The position numbers and the translations under genes are program-made. Shown here piece after piece: positions 23,903-33,347 of a stretch of DNA of 37,821 nt. The DNA comes from a virus (Duplodnaviria > Caudoviricetes), in IMG/VR virus record IMGVR_UViG_3300036987_000119, positions 1 to 37,821 of that record; one strand, given 5' to 3'. The notes beneath the pieces were generated by a model, which saw only the letters and a program-made list of their open reading frames with translations, was not told where the DNA came from and searched no databases. Position 1 is the first letter of the stretch. Each line of letters begins with the position of its first letter.

Positions 23903-25972
23903 ATGCCGACGCCGATGCAAGCGCCGATGAAGCTGCTGGCCGCCGCCGGAACGCCCGACGCCCAGGATTACGGGTTTGTCTGGCGCGTCCAGGTGGTCGA
24001 GTACGGCCCCGGCAAGGACGGGCGCATCCACTGGCCGAAAGCGCCCCTGGTCGCTGCCATTCGGTTGTATGACGGCGCCAAGGTCTTCGCCTTGAACGAC
24101 AGCCAGCACCACGCCCAGGGGTCCAAGCCCTTCGGCAAGAGTGTGCGCGAGATCGTCGGCTGGCTGAAGAACCCGGCCGACACCGGCACCGGCATCGAAG
24201 CCGACTTCTACATCCTCAAAAGCGCCGCGTGGCTGCGTGACGCTCTGGTCGACAGCCATGAACGCGGTTGCCCCGAGCTGCTGGGGTTGAGCCACGACGT
24301 CACCGCCCGGGCCAAGACCGTGATGGTCGCCGGGAAGAAGATGAAAGAACCGGTCGAAATCACCGCCGTCGAAGTCGACGTGGTGTACGACCCCACCAAC
24401 AACGGCAAGTTCATCCGTATGGCCGCCGCGGCGGCAGAAAGTGAGGACCAAGTGAATCGTGAACAACTCCTGGCCGCCCTGCAAAAGGTCCGGCCCAACT
24501 TCGCCGCCGACGAACTCAGCGACGAGCAACTTCTGGCCGCCCTGGTGGAGGCCGCCCAGCAGAAACAGCCCGAAGGCATCGCCCCCGAGAAGCTGACGGC
24601 CGCCATCGCCGCCGAGCTGAAAACCCTGCTGACCCCCGCCGAGGACAAGACCGCCGAGACCCTGCGCGAGATGAAGCTCATGGCCGCCGGCATGACCCTG
24701 ACCCAAGAGCTGAGCGCCAGCAACCTGCCGGAAAAATTTCAATCCGGATTGCGCAAGCGTTTCGAGAACCGGGAATTTCCGGTGGAAGAACTGCAAGCGG
24801 CCATCAAGGAGACGAAAGAGATGATCGACGAACTGACGGGGTCGGGTGGTGTACGCGACGCCGGGGAGATCCGGATGGTGCGCGACAGCTCCGAAAAACT
24901 TCAGGCCGCCGTCGACCGGCTTTTCGATGTGAAGGTGAATGACGCCATGCGCGACATCGCCCCCTTTGCCAGCCTGCGGGCCGCCTATGTCGAAATGACC
25001 GGCGACACCGAGGTGCGCGGCTATCTCGACCCGGCGCAGACCCAGCGCCTGCAAGCCGCTTACGGCTCGACCACCTTCAGCTACGTGCTCGGCAACACCC
25101 TCTACCGCCGCCTGGTGCAGGACTACCGCGAGCTGAGCGATTACGGCGTCTCGCGCCTGGTCGGCAACAATATCCGCAACGCCCGCGACTTCCGCACCAT
25201 GGAATCGGTGCGCATCGGCTACTACGGCGATCTGCCCGACGTCAACCCCGAGAATCTGGATTACGCCGACCTCGGCGAGCTTGGCGACGAAGAAGTGAGC
25301 TACGCCCTCAACCAGAAGGGCGGGCTCATCACCATCACCCGCAAGATGATCATCAACGACGACATGCGCGCCGTGCAGAAGATCCTCAGCCGGCTGCCCC
25401 GCGCCGCCCGCCGCACCCTGGCCAAACGCTGCTGGTCGAAGTTCACCGGCAACGCCACCTACAAGGGCGACAGCAAGGCCATTTTCCATTCGGACCATAA
25501 CAACCTGGGCAGCACCGCCATGAGCGTGACCACCTTGCTCGCCGGAATCCAGGCGATGAAAGACCAGACCGAACCCGGCAGCGCTGAGAAGCTGATGCTC
25601 CAGGCCCGGACCCTGGCGATCCCCACCGATCTGTGGGCGACGGCGAAGAAGATCAACCGTACCCAGGGCGACCCGGGCACGGCCAACTTCGGCAACCCGC
25701 TGTACCAATTCTTCGGCGCCGACGACGGCGGCATCATCGAAGTGCCGTTCATGACCGACACCAACGACTGGATGCTCTTCGCCGATCCGAACGAGTGTGA
25801 GATCCTCGAGTTGGCCTTTTTAAACGGCCAGCAGGAACCGGAAATGTTCATCGCCGACCAGGCCGCCGTGGGACAGATGTTCGTGGCCGACAAGGTGCAG
25901 TACAAGATCCGCCACGAGTACGAATGCGAAATCGCCGACTATCGCGGCGCTTACAAAGCGGTGGTGGCGTAA
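23903..25972 (+). CDS. Fused prohead protease/scaffold/major capsid protein
   Basis: N-terminal protease-like part (VGW, GLSHD, VDVVYDPTNNGKF), Ala/Glu-rich helical linker, C-terminal HK97-fold capsid motifs (GGLITITRKMIINDD, YKIRHEY...DYRGAYK). Confidence 0.87.
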   Translation: MPTPMQAPMKLLAAAGTPDAQDYGFVWRVQVVEYGPGKDGRIHWPKAPLVAAIRLYDGAKVFALNDSQHHAQGSKPFGKSVREIVGWLKNPADTGTGIEADFYILKSAAWLRDALVDSHERGCPELLGLSHDVTARAKTVMVAGKKMKEPVEITAVEVDVVYDPTNNGKFIRMAAAAAESEDQVNREQLLAALQKVRPNFAADELSDEQLLAALVEAAQQKQPEGIAPEKLTAAIAAELKTLLTPAEDKTAETLREMKLMAAGMTLTQELSASNLPEKFQSGLRKRFENREFPVEELQAAIKETKEMIDELTGSGGVRDAGEIRMVRDSSEKLQAAVDRLFDVKVNDAMRDIAPFASLRAAYVEMTGDTEVRGYLDPAQTQRLQAAYGSTTFSYVLGNTLYRRLVQDYRELSDYGVSRLVGNNIRNARDFRTMESVRIGYYGDLPDVNPENLDYADLGELGDEEVSYALNQKGGLITITRKMIINDDMRAVQKILSRLPRAARRTLAKRCWSKFTGNATYKGDSKAIFHSDHNNLGSTAMSVTTLLAGIQAMKDQTEPGSAEKLMLQARTLAIPTDLWATAKKINRTQGDPGTANFGNPLYQFFGADDGGIIEVPFMTDTNDWMLFADPNECEILELAFLNGQQEPEMFIADQAAVGQMFVADKVQYKIRHEYECEIADYRGAYKAVVA

Positions 25973-25990
25973 CGAAGTGACGAGTGACGA

Positions 25991-26020
25991 GCAGGGGCGC
26001 GGCGTTCTCCGTGCCCCTGC
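25991..26020. repeat. REP-like hairpin after the capsid gene, preceded by (AGTGACG)2
   Basis: GCAGGGGCGCGG-CGTTCT-CCGTGCCCCTGC. Confidence 0.6.
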
Positions 26021-26049
26021 CGATCAACCTATTTTTGAAAGGATTCCCG

Positions 26050-26484
26050 ATGAAAAAGTTTTTGCTGGCTCCCCTGCTGCTGCTGGTCATGGCCCTGCCC
26101 GCCATGGCCGCGACCGCCAACCCCAGCCCGGCCAGTTCCGGCTACATGGTGCTGCCCTTGTCTTTCGATCGGCAGATCACCGCCACGGCCACGCCGATCA
26201 AGTTCAAACTCCCGTTCCCCTGCAAAGTGGTCGGCGTGACCGCCTCGGCGGTCACCCTGGACAAAACCACGACCGACGAAACGTACACCGTGGACGTGAA
26301 AGAGGGGTCGACGTCCATCCTCTCCAGCGCGATCACCCTCACCGCCGCCGGAACGTTTTATGACGGAACCGTGTCCGACGATACCCTGGCCGACGAATCG
26401 ACGATCAGCGTGGTTTTTACCCTGGGGGGAACCACGCCGATTTTGACCGACGCCATGGTCACTCTGGTTCTGAAGCGGCTGTAA
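26050..26484 (+). CDS. Beta-rich protein in the capsid-decoration position, with an apparent signal peptide
   Basis: MKKFLLAPLLLLVMALPAMA-A N-terminus; Thr-rich beta-strand body; RBS AAAGGA. Confidence 0.75.
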   Translation: MKKFLLAPLLLLVMALPAMAATANPSPASSGYMVLPLSFDRQITATATPIKFKLPFPCKVVGVTASAVTLDKTTTDETYTVDVKEGSTSILSSAITLTAAGTFYDGTVSDDTLADESTISVVFTLGGTTPILTDAMVTLVLKRL

Positions 26485-26513
26485 ACCCTCCCGAACCGTT
26501 CTGTCGCAGTCCC

Positions 26514-26544
26514 ACCACCCCGCCCCGACGGGTGGGGTGGTTTT
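26514..26544 (+). terminator. Intrinsic terminator after the head genes
   Basis: ACCACCCCGCCC-CGAC-GGGTGGGGTGGT followed by TTT. Confidence 0.7.
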
Positions 26545-26555
26545 CCGGAGTTTTT

Positions 26556-27200
26556 ATGGGCTATCTGCTCGATCTGGTGAAAAGCAAGGTCAAGGATCAA
26601 GACCAAAAGCTCGACGACGGCGAGGACTTCATTCCCGCCGTCGAGGCGGCCTTGCAGCGCTACAGCCGCCACAACCCGCGCACCGTGGTCGAGGATCTGG
26701 ACGGCGCCGACAGCCACGATCTGGACCCTCCCGCCGGGTGGGTCGAGGATTTTTCGGCGCTGGTCTCGGTGGAATGGCCGGTGGGCGAAATCCCCATGGT
26801 CTGGCTCGACCCCGCCGGGTATCGGCTGTACCAGTCCCCGGACGGCTGGAAACTGCGCCTGTTCGACGAGACCCCGGCGACCGGCGACAGCGTGCGCGTG
26901 ACCTACACCGCGCCGCGCCTGGAAAGCCAGATCCCTCAAAACGATTTTGACGCGGTGGCCTGCCTGGCCGCCGCCGACTGCTGCGAGCGCCTGGCGAACC
27001 TCTACACCCAAAGCAGTGACCCGACCATCGGCGCCGACGTCGTCAACTACCGAAGCAAGGGCAGCGAATACGCATCCAGAGCCAAGCGCCTGCGCGAACT
27101 GTATGCCGCCCACATCGGCGTCGACGAAAAAGGCGGCCCCGCCGCCTCGATGAGCGTCGCCGCCCCGCCGCGATCCGGCCGGACAAGACTGACCCATTAA
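26556..27200 (+). CDS. Probable head-tail adaptor protein
   Basis: Position after capsid and decoration genes; RBS GGAG; helical ends with a beta-rich middle. Confidence 0.65.
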   Translation: MGYLLDLVKSKVKDQDQKLDDGEDFIPAVEAALQRYSRHNPRTVVEDLDGADSHDLDPPAGWVEDFSALVSVEWPVGEIPMVWLDPAGYRLYQSPDGWKLRLFDETPATGDSVRVTYTAPRLESQIPQNDFDAVACLAAADCCERLANLYTQSSDPTIGADVVNYRSKGSEYASRAKRLRELYAAHIGVDEKGGPAASMSVAAPPRSGRTRLTH

Positions 27201-27213
27201 GGAGCCAACCGTC

Positions 27214-27759
27214 ATGCTCTTTATTTACCGCCACCACCCCGTCCTGTGCCACCCGCAAGTCGGTTTCATCATCGGTCTCGGCAGCGGCGTCAACGCTTCC
27301 GGCGAAACCTGGCACCTGGCATCCGGCGCGTCGGTTGACGATTTGCTCGCTAAAGGTTTTGAGTTGCTGGTGATCGGCCAGGCCGAGGATGTCGTGGTGT
27401 CCGCCACCGCGCCGTGGCTGGTCGACCAGCACGCGGCGAAAATCCGCAACGACGGCAGCCTGCGTTTGCTGGCGCTTGCTGGACCGTATCTCCCGGAGGA
27501 GCGTGAGACCTGGACCGTGCAAAAAGCGGAATCCGAAGCCTGGCTGGCCGATCCGTCCGCGCCGACGCCGATGCTGTCGGCGATGGCGTCGACCCGGAGC
27601 ATGGCGCTGGCCGATCTGGTGGCGCGAGTCATCGAAAACGTCGCCCTGTTTCAGGCGGCCTCCGGGATGATTCTGGGCACACAGCAGGCGCTTCTGGACC
27701 TGGTGTATGCCGATATCCCACTGGTCGATGCCCTGGCCGTGGCGTGGCCGGAGGCGTAG
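27214..27759 (+). CDS. Tail-fibre assembly chaperone-like protein
   Basis: YLPEERETWTVQKAE..AWLAD..APTPML..MA..R...ADLVARV...SGMILGTQQ pattern of fibre-associated chaperones; RBS AAGGAG. Confidence 0.7.
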   Translation: MLFIYRHHPVLCHPQVGFIIGLGSGVNASGETWHLASGASVDDLLAKGFELLVIGQAEDVVVSATAPWLVDQHAAKIRNDGSLRLLALAGPYLPEERETWTVQKAESEAWLADPSAPTPMLSAMASTRSMALADLVARVIENVALFQAASGMILGTQQALLDLVYADIPLVDALAVAWPEA

Positions 27760-27760
27760 C

Positions 27761-28141
27761 GTGGCGACGATGCTGCTCATCTCGGCGCTGACCGGGGATG
27801 TGATCGAGACGAGGCCCGTGGGGGCTCCCGTTGGCGCGTTGGAGGGTCTGCCGACGTTCTGGCGGGTTGTTTGCCCGGACGCCAACGCCGGCCAAATCCT
27901 GCCGGCGTTGCAAACGCTCGACAGTGTGCGGTTTATCCGGCCCGATTACGACGGCCCCAGCGATGCCGAGTACGATCCGGAGCTACATCCGGCCGGGTCG
28001 GCCATGTGGAATCCCGAGCAATTTCGGCGTAAGAGGCTGGATATTGCGCGGTTACCCGCCCAGATTTCAGCGACGCTGCAAGCGACAGGCGTCGCGACGG
28101 TGCGCTGGGGGATGTTGTCTCGCGCCATGGTTGAGGTCTGA
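27761..28141 (+). CDS. Hypothetical protein (start GTG 27761 or ATG 27770 uncertain)
   Basis: Fills the gap; TGATG coupling to the next gene. Confidence 0.6.
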   Translation: MATMLLISALTGDVIETRPVGAPVGALEGLPTFWRVVCPDANAGQILPALQTLDSVRFIRPDYDGPSDAEYDPELHPAGSAMWNPEQFRRKRLDIARLPAQISATLQATGVATVRWGMLSRAMVEV

Positions 28142-29901
28142 TGGCCACGGATATTGTCAAAACGCTCAAGGCGGCCGGTGGGGATTTCACCAGCATCAAT
28201 GCGTGGGTGGCGTGGTGTTATGCCACATACCCGTCGCTGGTGACAGCCGACGTGCGGCTGATCCTGGAATGCTACAAGGGCGACTACACGGCGGCTGGGG
28301 GCGGGGTCAATTATATTTCCGAGGCGGCGTCGCTACGCAATTCGTACACAACGGCGGCATTTGACTCGACCAGATACATGCTGGTCACGGTCCCGGTGAC
28401 GGAACGTCATACGGGACGGCTCAAGATCGATGGGATTTATACCGGCTTCGCTGTCGAGCCCACGGGGTCGTGTTACGGCTCGCACCTTTGCGTGTTCGAC
28501 GGGCTGATTATCAATTTTAAACGGGCGAACGACCGGTCGATTATTTTAAACAGCTATAACTCCCATCGGGCCGGGACGTTTAAAAACGGCTACGTCGTAT
28601 CGTCGCAATATCGGGCGTTTTTGGGTGGCGATTACGCCGCCGCTTATATCTACGGCAACGTTATCATCGGGCCATCATATGGGTCGACATACCCGACGAT
28701 AGCGCAGCCGGTCAACAACACCGGCGCTCCGTTGTGCGTGTACCACAACACAATTATCGGGGCCGACGTAGCGTGGCAACAGATCAAATATGGAACCTAC
28801 GTCTATAACAACATCATTTTTGGCGTAACAAACACGATAAATACAAAAGACTACAACGTTACCGGCGACACAACCCGATCGGAGCACGAAATAGGGATCG
28901 ACAGTATTGATGATTTGGGATTGGTTTCCGTCGCGCTGATTTCCGGTACCAACTATGAAGCTTTCGATTTGAGATTGGCGTCAGGATCGGTCGCGGTCGG
29001 CGCGGCGGTTGACCCGTTCACTCTCGGCACGCCTGGTTGGGGTTCGCGGCCGATTGATAGCACCGATGCGCTCGGTACCGCCAGACCCCAGGGGACGACG
29101 TGGGATATTGGGGCGTTTGAGTTGGTGGTGGCGGGTGGATCTGTCTACGAAACAGCGCTCACCTTGGCCGGTTCTACCGGCGTCTCTCCCGGCGCGTCCG
29201 CCGATTATTCGGCGGCGGTGGAATTTTCGGCGGCCGGAGGGGTGTCCGATGCCGGGGCGGCGGACTACGCGGCGGCCTGGAACGCGGCGGCGGCGGCGGC
29301 GCTGGTCCCCGGTGGCGCGGCGGTGCTGCTCGCCGGGTTGGCTCTCACCGGATCGGGCACCATGGCGACCTCCGGATCGGCCGAATTCGCCGCTGGGCTT
29401 ACGTTGCCGGCGAACACCGATCTGGTCCCATCCTACGGCAGCATTGTCGCGGCGGCGCTGGCGCTGGAAGCGGTGGGGGCCATGACGCCTGAGCTGCAAG
29501 CCGACTATCAAGCCACCATCACCGCGCTGGCTCAAACGGGGCTGACCGCGACGGCGGCGGCCGAACTTTCGGCGACCTGGCAGGCGGCGGTGGTCGCGGC
29601 CCTTATCGCCTCGACCTCGGGGGCCGAAATCGACGCGGCTCTCAACCTCCCCTGCGCGGCGGCCCTGACCGTGACCAGTCATGCCGAGCTGGCGGCGGTG
29701 CTGTCGCTGGAGACCGGCACGGCTATCGACGGCGCGGCCCTGCAAACCGCGTTCGCCGGCCTCGATCTCGTGGTACTGGCCGCCCTGGCGGCGACCCATC
29801 CCGACGACGTGGCGGCGGTGCTGCGGGTACTGGTTCTTTTTCGCGGGGCCTCTCCGGGGATTTCGTTCTCAGGGAAGTCGCCCACCGTCACCATCCAATA
29901 G
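28141..29901 (+). CDS. Putative fibre/appendage protein: N-terminal beta-helix-like domain and Ala-rich repetitive C-terminus
   Basis: YGNVII / YHNTII / YNNIIF repeats and a DIGAFE closing motif typical of pectin-lyase-like beta-helices; AT-rich central segment; Ala/Gly/Thr repeats. Confidence 0.7.
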   Translation: MATDIVKTLKAAGGDFTSINAWVAWCYATYPSLVTADVRLILECYKGDYTAAGGGVNYISEAASLRNSYTTAAFDSTRYMLVTVPVTERHTGRLKIDGIYTGFAVEPTGSCYGSHLCVFDGLIINFKRANDRSIILNSYNSHRAGTFKNGYVVSSQYRAFLGGDYAAAYIYGNVIIGPSYGSTYPTIAQPVNNTGAPLCVYHNTIIGADVAWQQIKYGTYVYNNIIFGVTNTINTKDYNVTGDTTRSEHEIGIDSIDDLGLVSVALISGTNYEAFDLRLASGSVAVGAAVDPFTLGTPGWGSRPIDSTDALGTARPQGTTWDIGAFELVVAGGSVYETALTLAGSTGVSPGASADYSAAVEFSAAGGVSDAGAADYAAAWNAAAAAALVPGGAAVLLAGLALTGSGTMATSGSAEFAAGLTLPANTDLVPSYGSIVAAALALEAVGAMTPELQADYQATITALAQTGLTATAAAELSATWQAAVVAALIASTSGAEIDAALNLPCAAALTVTSHAELAAVLSLETGTAIDGAALQTAFAGLDLVVLAALAATHPDDVAAVLRVLVLFRGASPGISFSGKSPTVTIQ

Positions 29902-29911
29902 GAGACCTATC

Positions 29912-30436
29912 ATGTTCGATCTGATTAAAGCGTTTTTCCGGGGGCTTCGGGCCAACTTCAAAATCACCGTGTCGCACCTCTATGAGGTGGAATGTTACGC
30001 CCCGGACGGAAGCCTGAAATGGCGCGATTGTTTCGAAAATCTCGTCACCACCGAGGGCCTGAACAAGTACCTCGATGCGACCCTGAAAACCGGGCTCGCC
30101 TCGCCCGCCTGGTATGTGCTGCTCAAGGGCACTGGCGCGGCGGCGGCTGGCGATACCCTCGCCTCTCACGCCGCGTGGGCCGAAATCACCGCCTACTCGG
30201 GCGACCGCAAAGCATTGACGCTTGGCACCATCAGTGGCGGCAGCGTCGACAACAGCGCCAGCAAGGCCTCGTTCGCCATCACCGGGACGGCGACCGTCGC
30301 CGGTGCCGGAGTCTGCTCGGCGGCAACCGGGACCAGCGGCACGTTGCTGGGCGTTGGAGATTTCTCGGCGAGCAAGGGAGTGGCCAGCGGCGACACCCTG
30401 AACGTCACCGTCACCTGTTCGATGACCAGCGCGTAA
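29912..30436 (+). CDS. Virion structural protein (fibre-associated)
   Basis: RBS AGGAG; NLVTTEGLN...ASGDTLNVT beta-rich pattern common in phage fibre modules. Confidence 0.7.
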   Translation: MFDLIKAFFRGLRANFKITVSHLYEVECYAPDGSLKWRDCFENLVTTEGLNKYLDATLKTGLASPAWYVLLKGTGAAAAGDTLASHAAWAEITAYSGDRKALTLGTISGGSVDNSASKASFAITGTATVAGAGVCSAATGTSGTLLGVGDFSASKGVASGDTLNVTVTCSMTSA

Positions 30437-30446
30437 CGAGGCCGCC

Positions 30447-30764
30447 ATGATCCCCGTTGTCAACGAGGGCAGCACCCACATGGTCAGCGCCAGTTTCGCC
30501 GACGAAGACGGCAACCCCGTGATTCCGACCTCGGGAACCTACCGGGTCGACGACGTGGCCAGCGACACGGCCCTGGTCGAGCCCACGGCATTTACGCCGA
30601 CTGCGGCCGAGCAGGTGATTACTATCCCTCACACCGCCAACCGCATCCTTTCGGCAGCCAGGGCATGGGAAGAACGGCGGTTAACCCTCACCTTCGTTTA
30701 TGCCGGTGGGCAGGGGAGCGGCGACTACCTGTACAAGGTGAAAAACCTGGGCGGAGTGGTCTGA
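30447..30764 (+). CDS. Small Ig-like/BppU-like structural protein
   Basis: VNEGSTH..SASFADEDGNPVIP..; RBS GAGG. Confidence 0.65.
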   Translation: MIPVVNEGSTHMVSASFADEDGNPVIPTSGTYRVDDVASDTALVEPTAFTPTAAEQVITIPHTANRILSAARAWEERRLTLTFVYAGGQGSGDYLYKVKNLGGVV

Positions 30765-30767
30765 CCC

Positions 30768-31280
30768 ATGGAACTTCGCCTCACCATTACCGGCCTCGAC
30801 AAAATCGAGCGCGCCAAGGGGAACGCCGGCAAGGTCTTGACGGCGGCGCTCGATGAGGCGGTGATGTTTCTGCTGCGCGAGATCAAGATGCGCACCCCCC
30901 AGGGGGTGAGCGGCGCGGGCGGGGGGTTGCTTGGCAGCATCCAGGGGGATGTCATCCTGCGCGGCAGCACTTTGGCCCGGGGCGTCATCGCCAGCAACAG
31001 CCAGTACGGTCTGGTGGTGGAAAAGGGTCGCCGGGCCGGGGCCGCGATGCCGCCCCGCGAAGCGCTGGTCGACTGGATCGCGCAGAAGTTCGGGGTCGAC
31101 GAAGAGCAGGCCCGCAAGCTTTCCTGGCCGGTGGCCCGGGCCATCGCCAAGAAAGGCACCATCAAGCGCTTCGACTACAAGGGCGCGCAGATGTTCGAGA
31201 AAGCGGTCGACGAAAACCTCCCGGCGCTGCAAGAGATCTTCCGCCGCAACGCCCTTGAAATGATCGTGGAGAAGTCATGA
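30768..31280 (+). CDS. Tail completion/morphogenesis protein (HK97 gp10-like)
   Basis: ITGLDKI...RTP...LLGSI...YGLVVEKGRR...VARAIAKKGT...MFEKA pattern. Confidence 0.8.
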   Translation: MELRLTITGLDKIERAKGNAGKVLTAALDEAVMFLLREIKMRTPQGVSGAGGGLLGSIQGDVILRGSTLARGVIASNSQYGLVVEKGRRAGAAMPPREALVDWIAQKFGVDEEQARKLSWPVARAIAKKGTIKRFDYKGAQMFEKAVDENLPALQEIFRRNALEMIVEKS

Positions 31281-31738
31281 GCGACACCGCCATCCGTACC
31301 GCCATCAAAGAGGTTTTGAACACCGTCGAAAATATCGGCGTCGTTCACGACTACGAGCGTCACGCCGCCACCTGGGAGAAGTTCATCGAACTGTTCCGCA
31401 CGGTCATCGCCGGGCAGGGGCAGATTCGCGGCTGGGAGATCACCCGCCGCCAGCGCACCGGCCGTCAGGGGACGATGGGCGCGGGCTTTCGCGAGACCGA
31501 ACGCCGCCACGTCTACAAGCTCCACGGCTACCTGGGTTTGCAGGATCTGATGGCCAGCGAGAAGACCTTCCAGTCGCTGATCGACGCGATCTGCGCCGCC
31601 TTCGCCGACACCCCGCGCTTGGGCGGCGCGACCAACAGCCATGAATTCATCCAGGTCAACGTCATCGAGCCGCGCATGTTCGGCGGTGTGCTCTGCCACT
31701 TCTGCGAAATGTCCTTGACCGTCATCGAACCCGTTTAA
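31277..31738 (+). CDS. Probable tail terminator protein
   Basis: Size and position just before the tail tube gene; ATGA coupling. Confidence 0.7.
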   Translation: MSDTAIRTAIKEVLNTVENIGVVHDYERHAATWEKFIELFRTVIAGQGQIRGWEITRRQRTGRQGTMGAGFRETERRHVYKLHGYLGLQDLMASEKTFQSLIDAICAAFADTPRLGGATNSHEFIQVNVIEPRMFGGVLCHFCEMSLTVIEPV

Positions 31739-31753
31739 CGAAAGGAATCCCCC

Positions 31754-32722
31754 ATGGCCCAGGCAAAAGGCTCCGCGAGCCAAGTCATCATCCAACAAGA
31801 AACCGCCTTCGGCACGGACCCCGCCGCCCCGAACGCCCAGCTGCTGCACTTTTCGACCTGCGGGTTGAAGATGAGCCGCGCCCTGGAGCGCAGCGACTCC
31901 ATCCAGCCGAACCGCAACCCGTCGAAGCCCGCCCGGGGCAACATCCAGGTCGGCGGCAACCTCAACCTTGAATTGCAGGCCTATATCGGCCTGTTGCTCA
32001 AGGGGGCATTGGGCAGCGTCACGACGACCGGCACCTCCGCGCCTTATACCCACACCTTCAAGGTCGGCACCAGCCTGCCCAGCTTCATGATCGAGAAGGG
32101 CTTTACCGACATCAACCAGTTCTTCAAGTATCGCGGCTGCAAGATCAACCGCATGAGCTTCAATCTCACCCCCTCGGGGTTTCAGAAAATCGATTTCGAC
32201 ATCATGGGCGCCGAGGAAGTGCAGGGCACGACCAGCTTCGACACCACCCCGACCAACCTGGGCAAGTCCCCCTTCGACGGCTTCGCCATCGCCACCATCG
32301 AAGAGGGCGGCAGCGCGATCGCCAACGTCGTCGGCATCGACAACCTGAGCATCGAAAACAACCTTGACGGCGACATGTACCTGGTCGGCGGCGCGGGCAA
32401 GCGGGCGGCGGTTCCGGAAGGGTCGGTGGTGGTGACCGGCACCCTGAAGGCCCTGTTCGAGAACGTGACCCTGTACAACAAGGCCGTCAACTACACCGAA
32501 TCGAGCCTGAAAATCGTCTACCAGCTCGGCACCGGCGCCGGAACGGCGGGGAACGAATACCTGGAGTTCTTCATCCCCGAACTCCTTTATGCTCCCGATT
32601 CGCCGCCCATCGAGGGGCCGCGCGGGGTGCTGGTCTCCCTCCCCTTCGAGGCCTATTACGACAACAACGCCCAGACCACGGCATTGCAGGTGGTGCTCAA
32701 GAACACTCAGGAGACGATCTGA
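31754..32722 (+). CDS. Major tail tube protein (non-contractile tail)
   Basis: QETAFGT...LPSFMIEKG...YRGCKI...VTGTLKALFE; no sheath gene nearby. Confidence 0.87.
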   Translation: MAQAKGSASQVIIQQETAFGTDPAAPNAQLLHFSTCGLKMSRALERSDSIQPNRNPSKPARGNIQVGGNLNLELQAYIGLLLKGALGSVTTTGTSAPYTHTFKVGTSLPSFMIEKGFTDINQFFKYRGCKINRMSFNLTPSGFQKIDFDIMGAEEVQGTTSFDTTPTNLGKSPFDGFAIATIEEGGSAIANVVGIDNLSIENNLDGDMYLVGGAGKRAAVPEGSVVVTGTLKALFENVTLYNKAVNYTESSLKIVYQLGTGAGTAGNEYLEFFIPELLYAPDSPPIEGPRGVLVSLPFEAYYDNNAQTTALQVVLKNTQETI

Positions 32723-33186
32723 TGCGCTACGTGATCGGGGGGAAACGCTACGTTCAGAACAAGCTGAGCTGGGGGCAGGTGCTGCACGTCGTCGGATTGT
32801 TGCGCGGCGCCGATCTGCGCCAGGCGGGGGGGATTTTCGGGGTGATCGAGGCGCTGGGCCCGAAGCTCCCCGAACTGCTGGCCGTGGCCCTGGTTCCCGA
32901 AGGGCAAAGCCCCGAGCGAACGCCCGAGGAGCTTGCCGAGACGGCCGCCGCGCTGGCGGCGAACCCTGAGGTGATGTTCGAGGCGCTGAGCGATTTTTTC
33001 GTCTGCAACCCCGTTGTCTCGCTCGCCGAGAAGATGACGGGGACGATCCAGACCATCACGGCGGCACTGAAACCGACCTCGCCGCCGCCATCGAGCAGGC
33101 CGTCTGCCTCCTCGCCGACGGCGACGTCACCAAACGCCGCGCCATCCTCTGGGGAAGCACCCCGGAAGAATGCGCGCCGTACCTGA
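32722..33186 (+). CDS. Tail assembly chaperone (gpG-like)
   Basis: Between tube and tape measure genes; contains an in-phase slippery heptamer. Confidence 0.8.
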   Translation: MRYVIGGKRYVQNKLSWGQVLHVVGLLRGADLRQAGGIFGVIEALGPKLPELLAVALVPEGQSPERTPEELAETAAALAANPEVMFEALSDFFVCNPVVSLAEKMTGTIQTITAALKPTSPPPSSRPSASSPTATSPNAAPSSGEAPRKNARRT

Positions 33187-33347
33187 AAATCCGCCAGCGC
33201 CAGGCGCTCTTTCGCGAGGGCGTCCTGGCGTTCATCGGCCTCGGCGAAAAACCCACGGCCGAAGACGAATACTGCGCCGCCTGCCGCGCGGCGGGCCTCG
33301 CCGACTGCGAACACTGCGACAAGAAGATCCGGGTGATCGATGAGTGA
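32994..33347 (+). other. Programmed -1 frameshift site T TTT TTC (32994-33000) and gpGT-like extension ORF
   Basis: X XXY YYZ heptamer in phase with the gpG frame; the -1 frame is open to TGA at 33345-33347, overlapping the tape-measure start. Confidence 0.82.

Noticed and set aside
7407-25708. Very long minus-strand ORFs (7407-9350, 9627-11183, 19510-21195, 23585-25708 and similar)
   Set aside because: Mirror frames of high-GC genes (transposase, ATPase, TerL, capsid); no RBS or recognisable domains
28141-29901. Diversity-generating retroelement or invertible host-range cassette acting on the fibre gene
   Set aside because: No reverse transcriptase, template/variable repeat pair or invertase visible in this window; such genes could lie beyond the right edge
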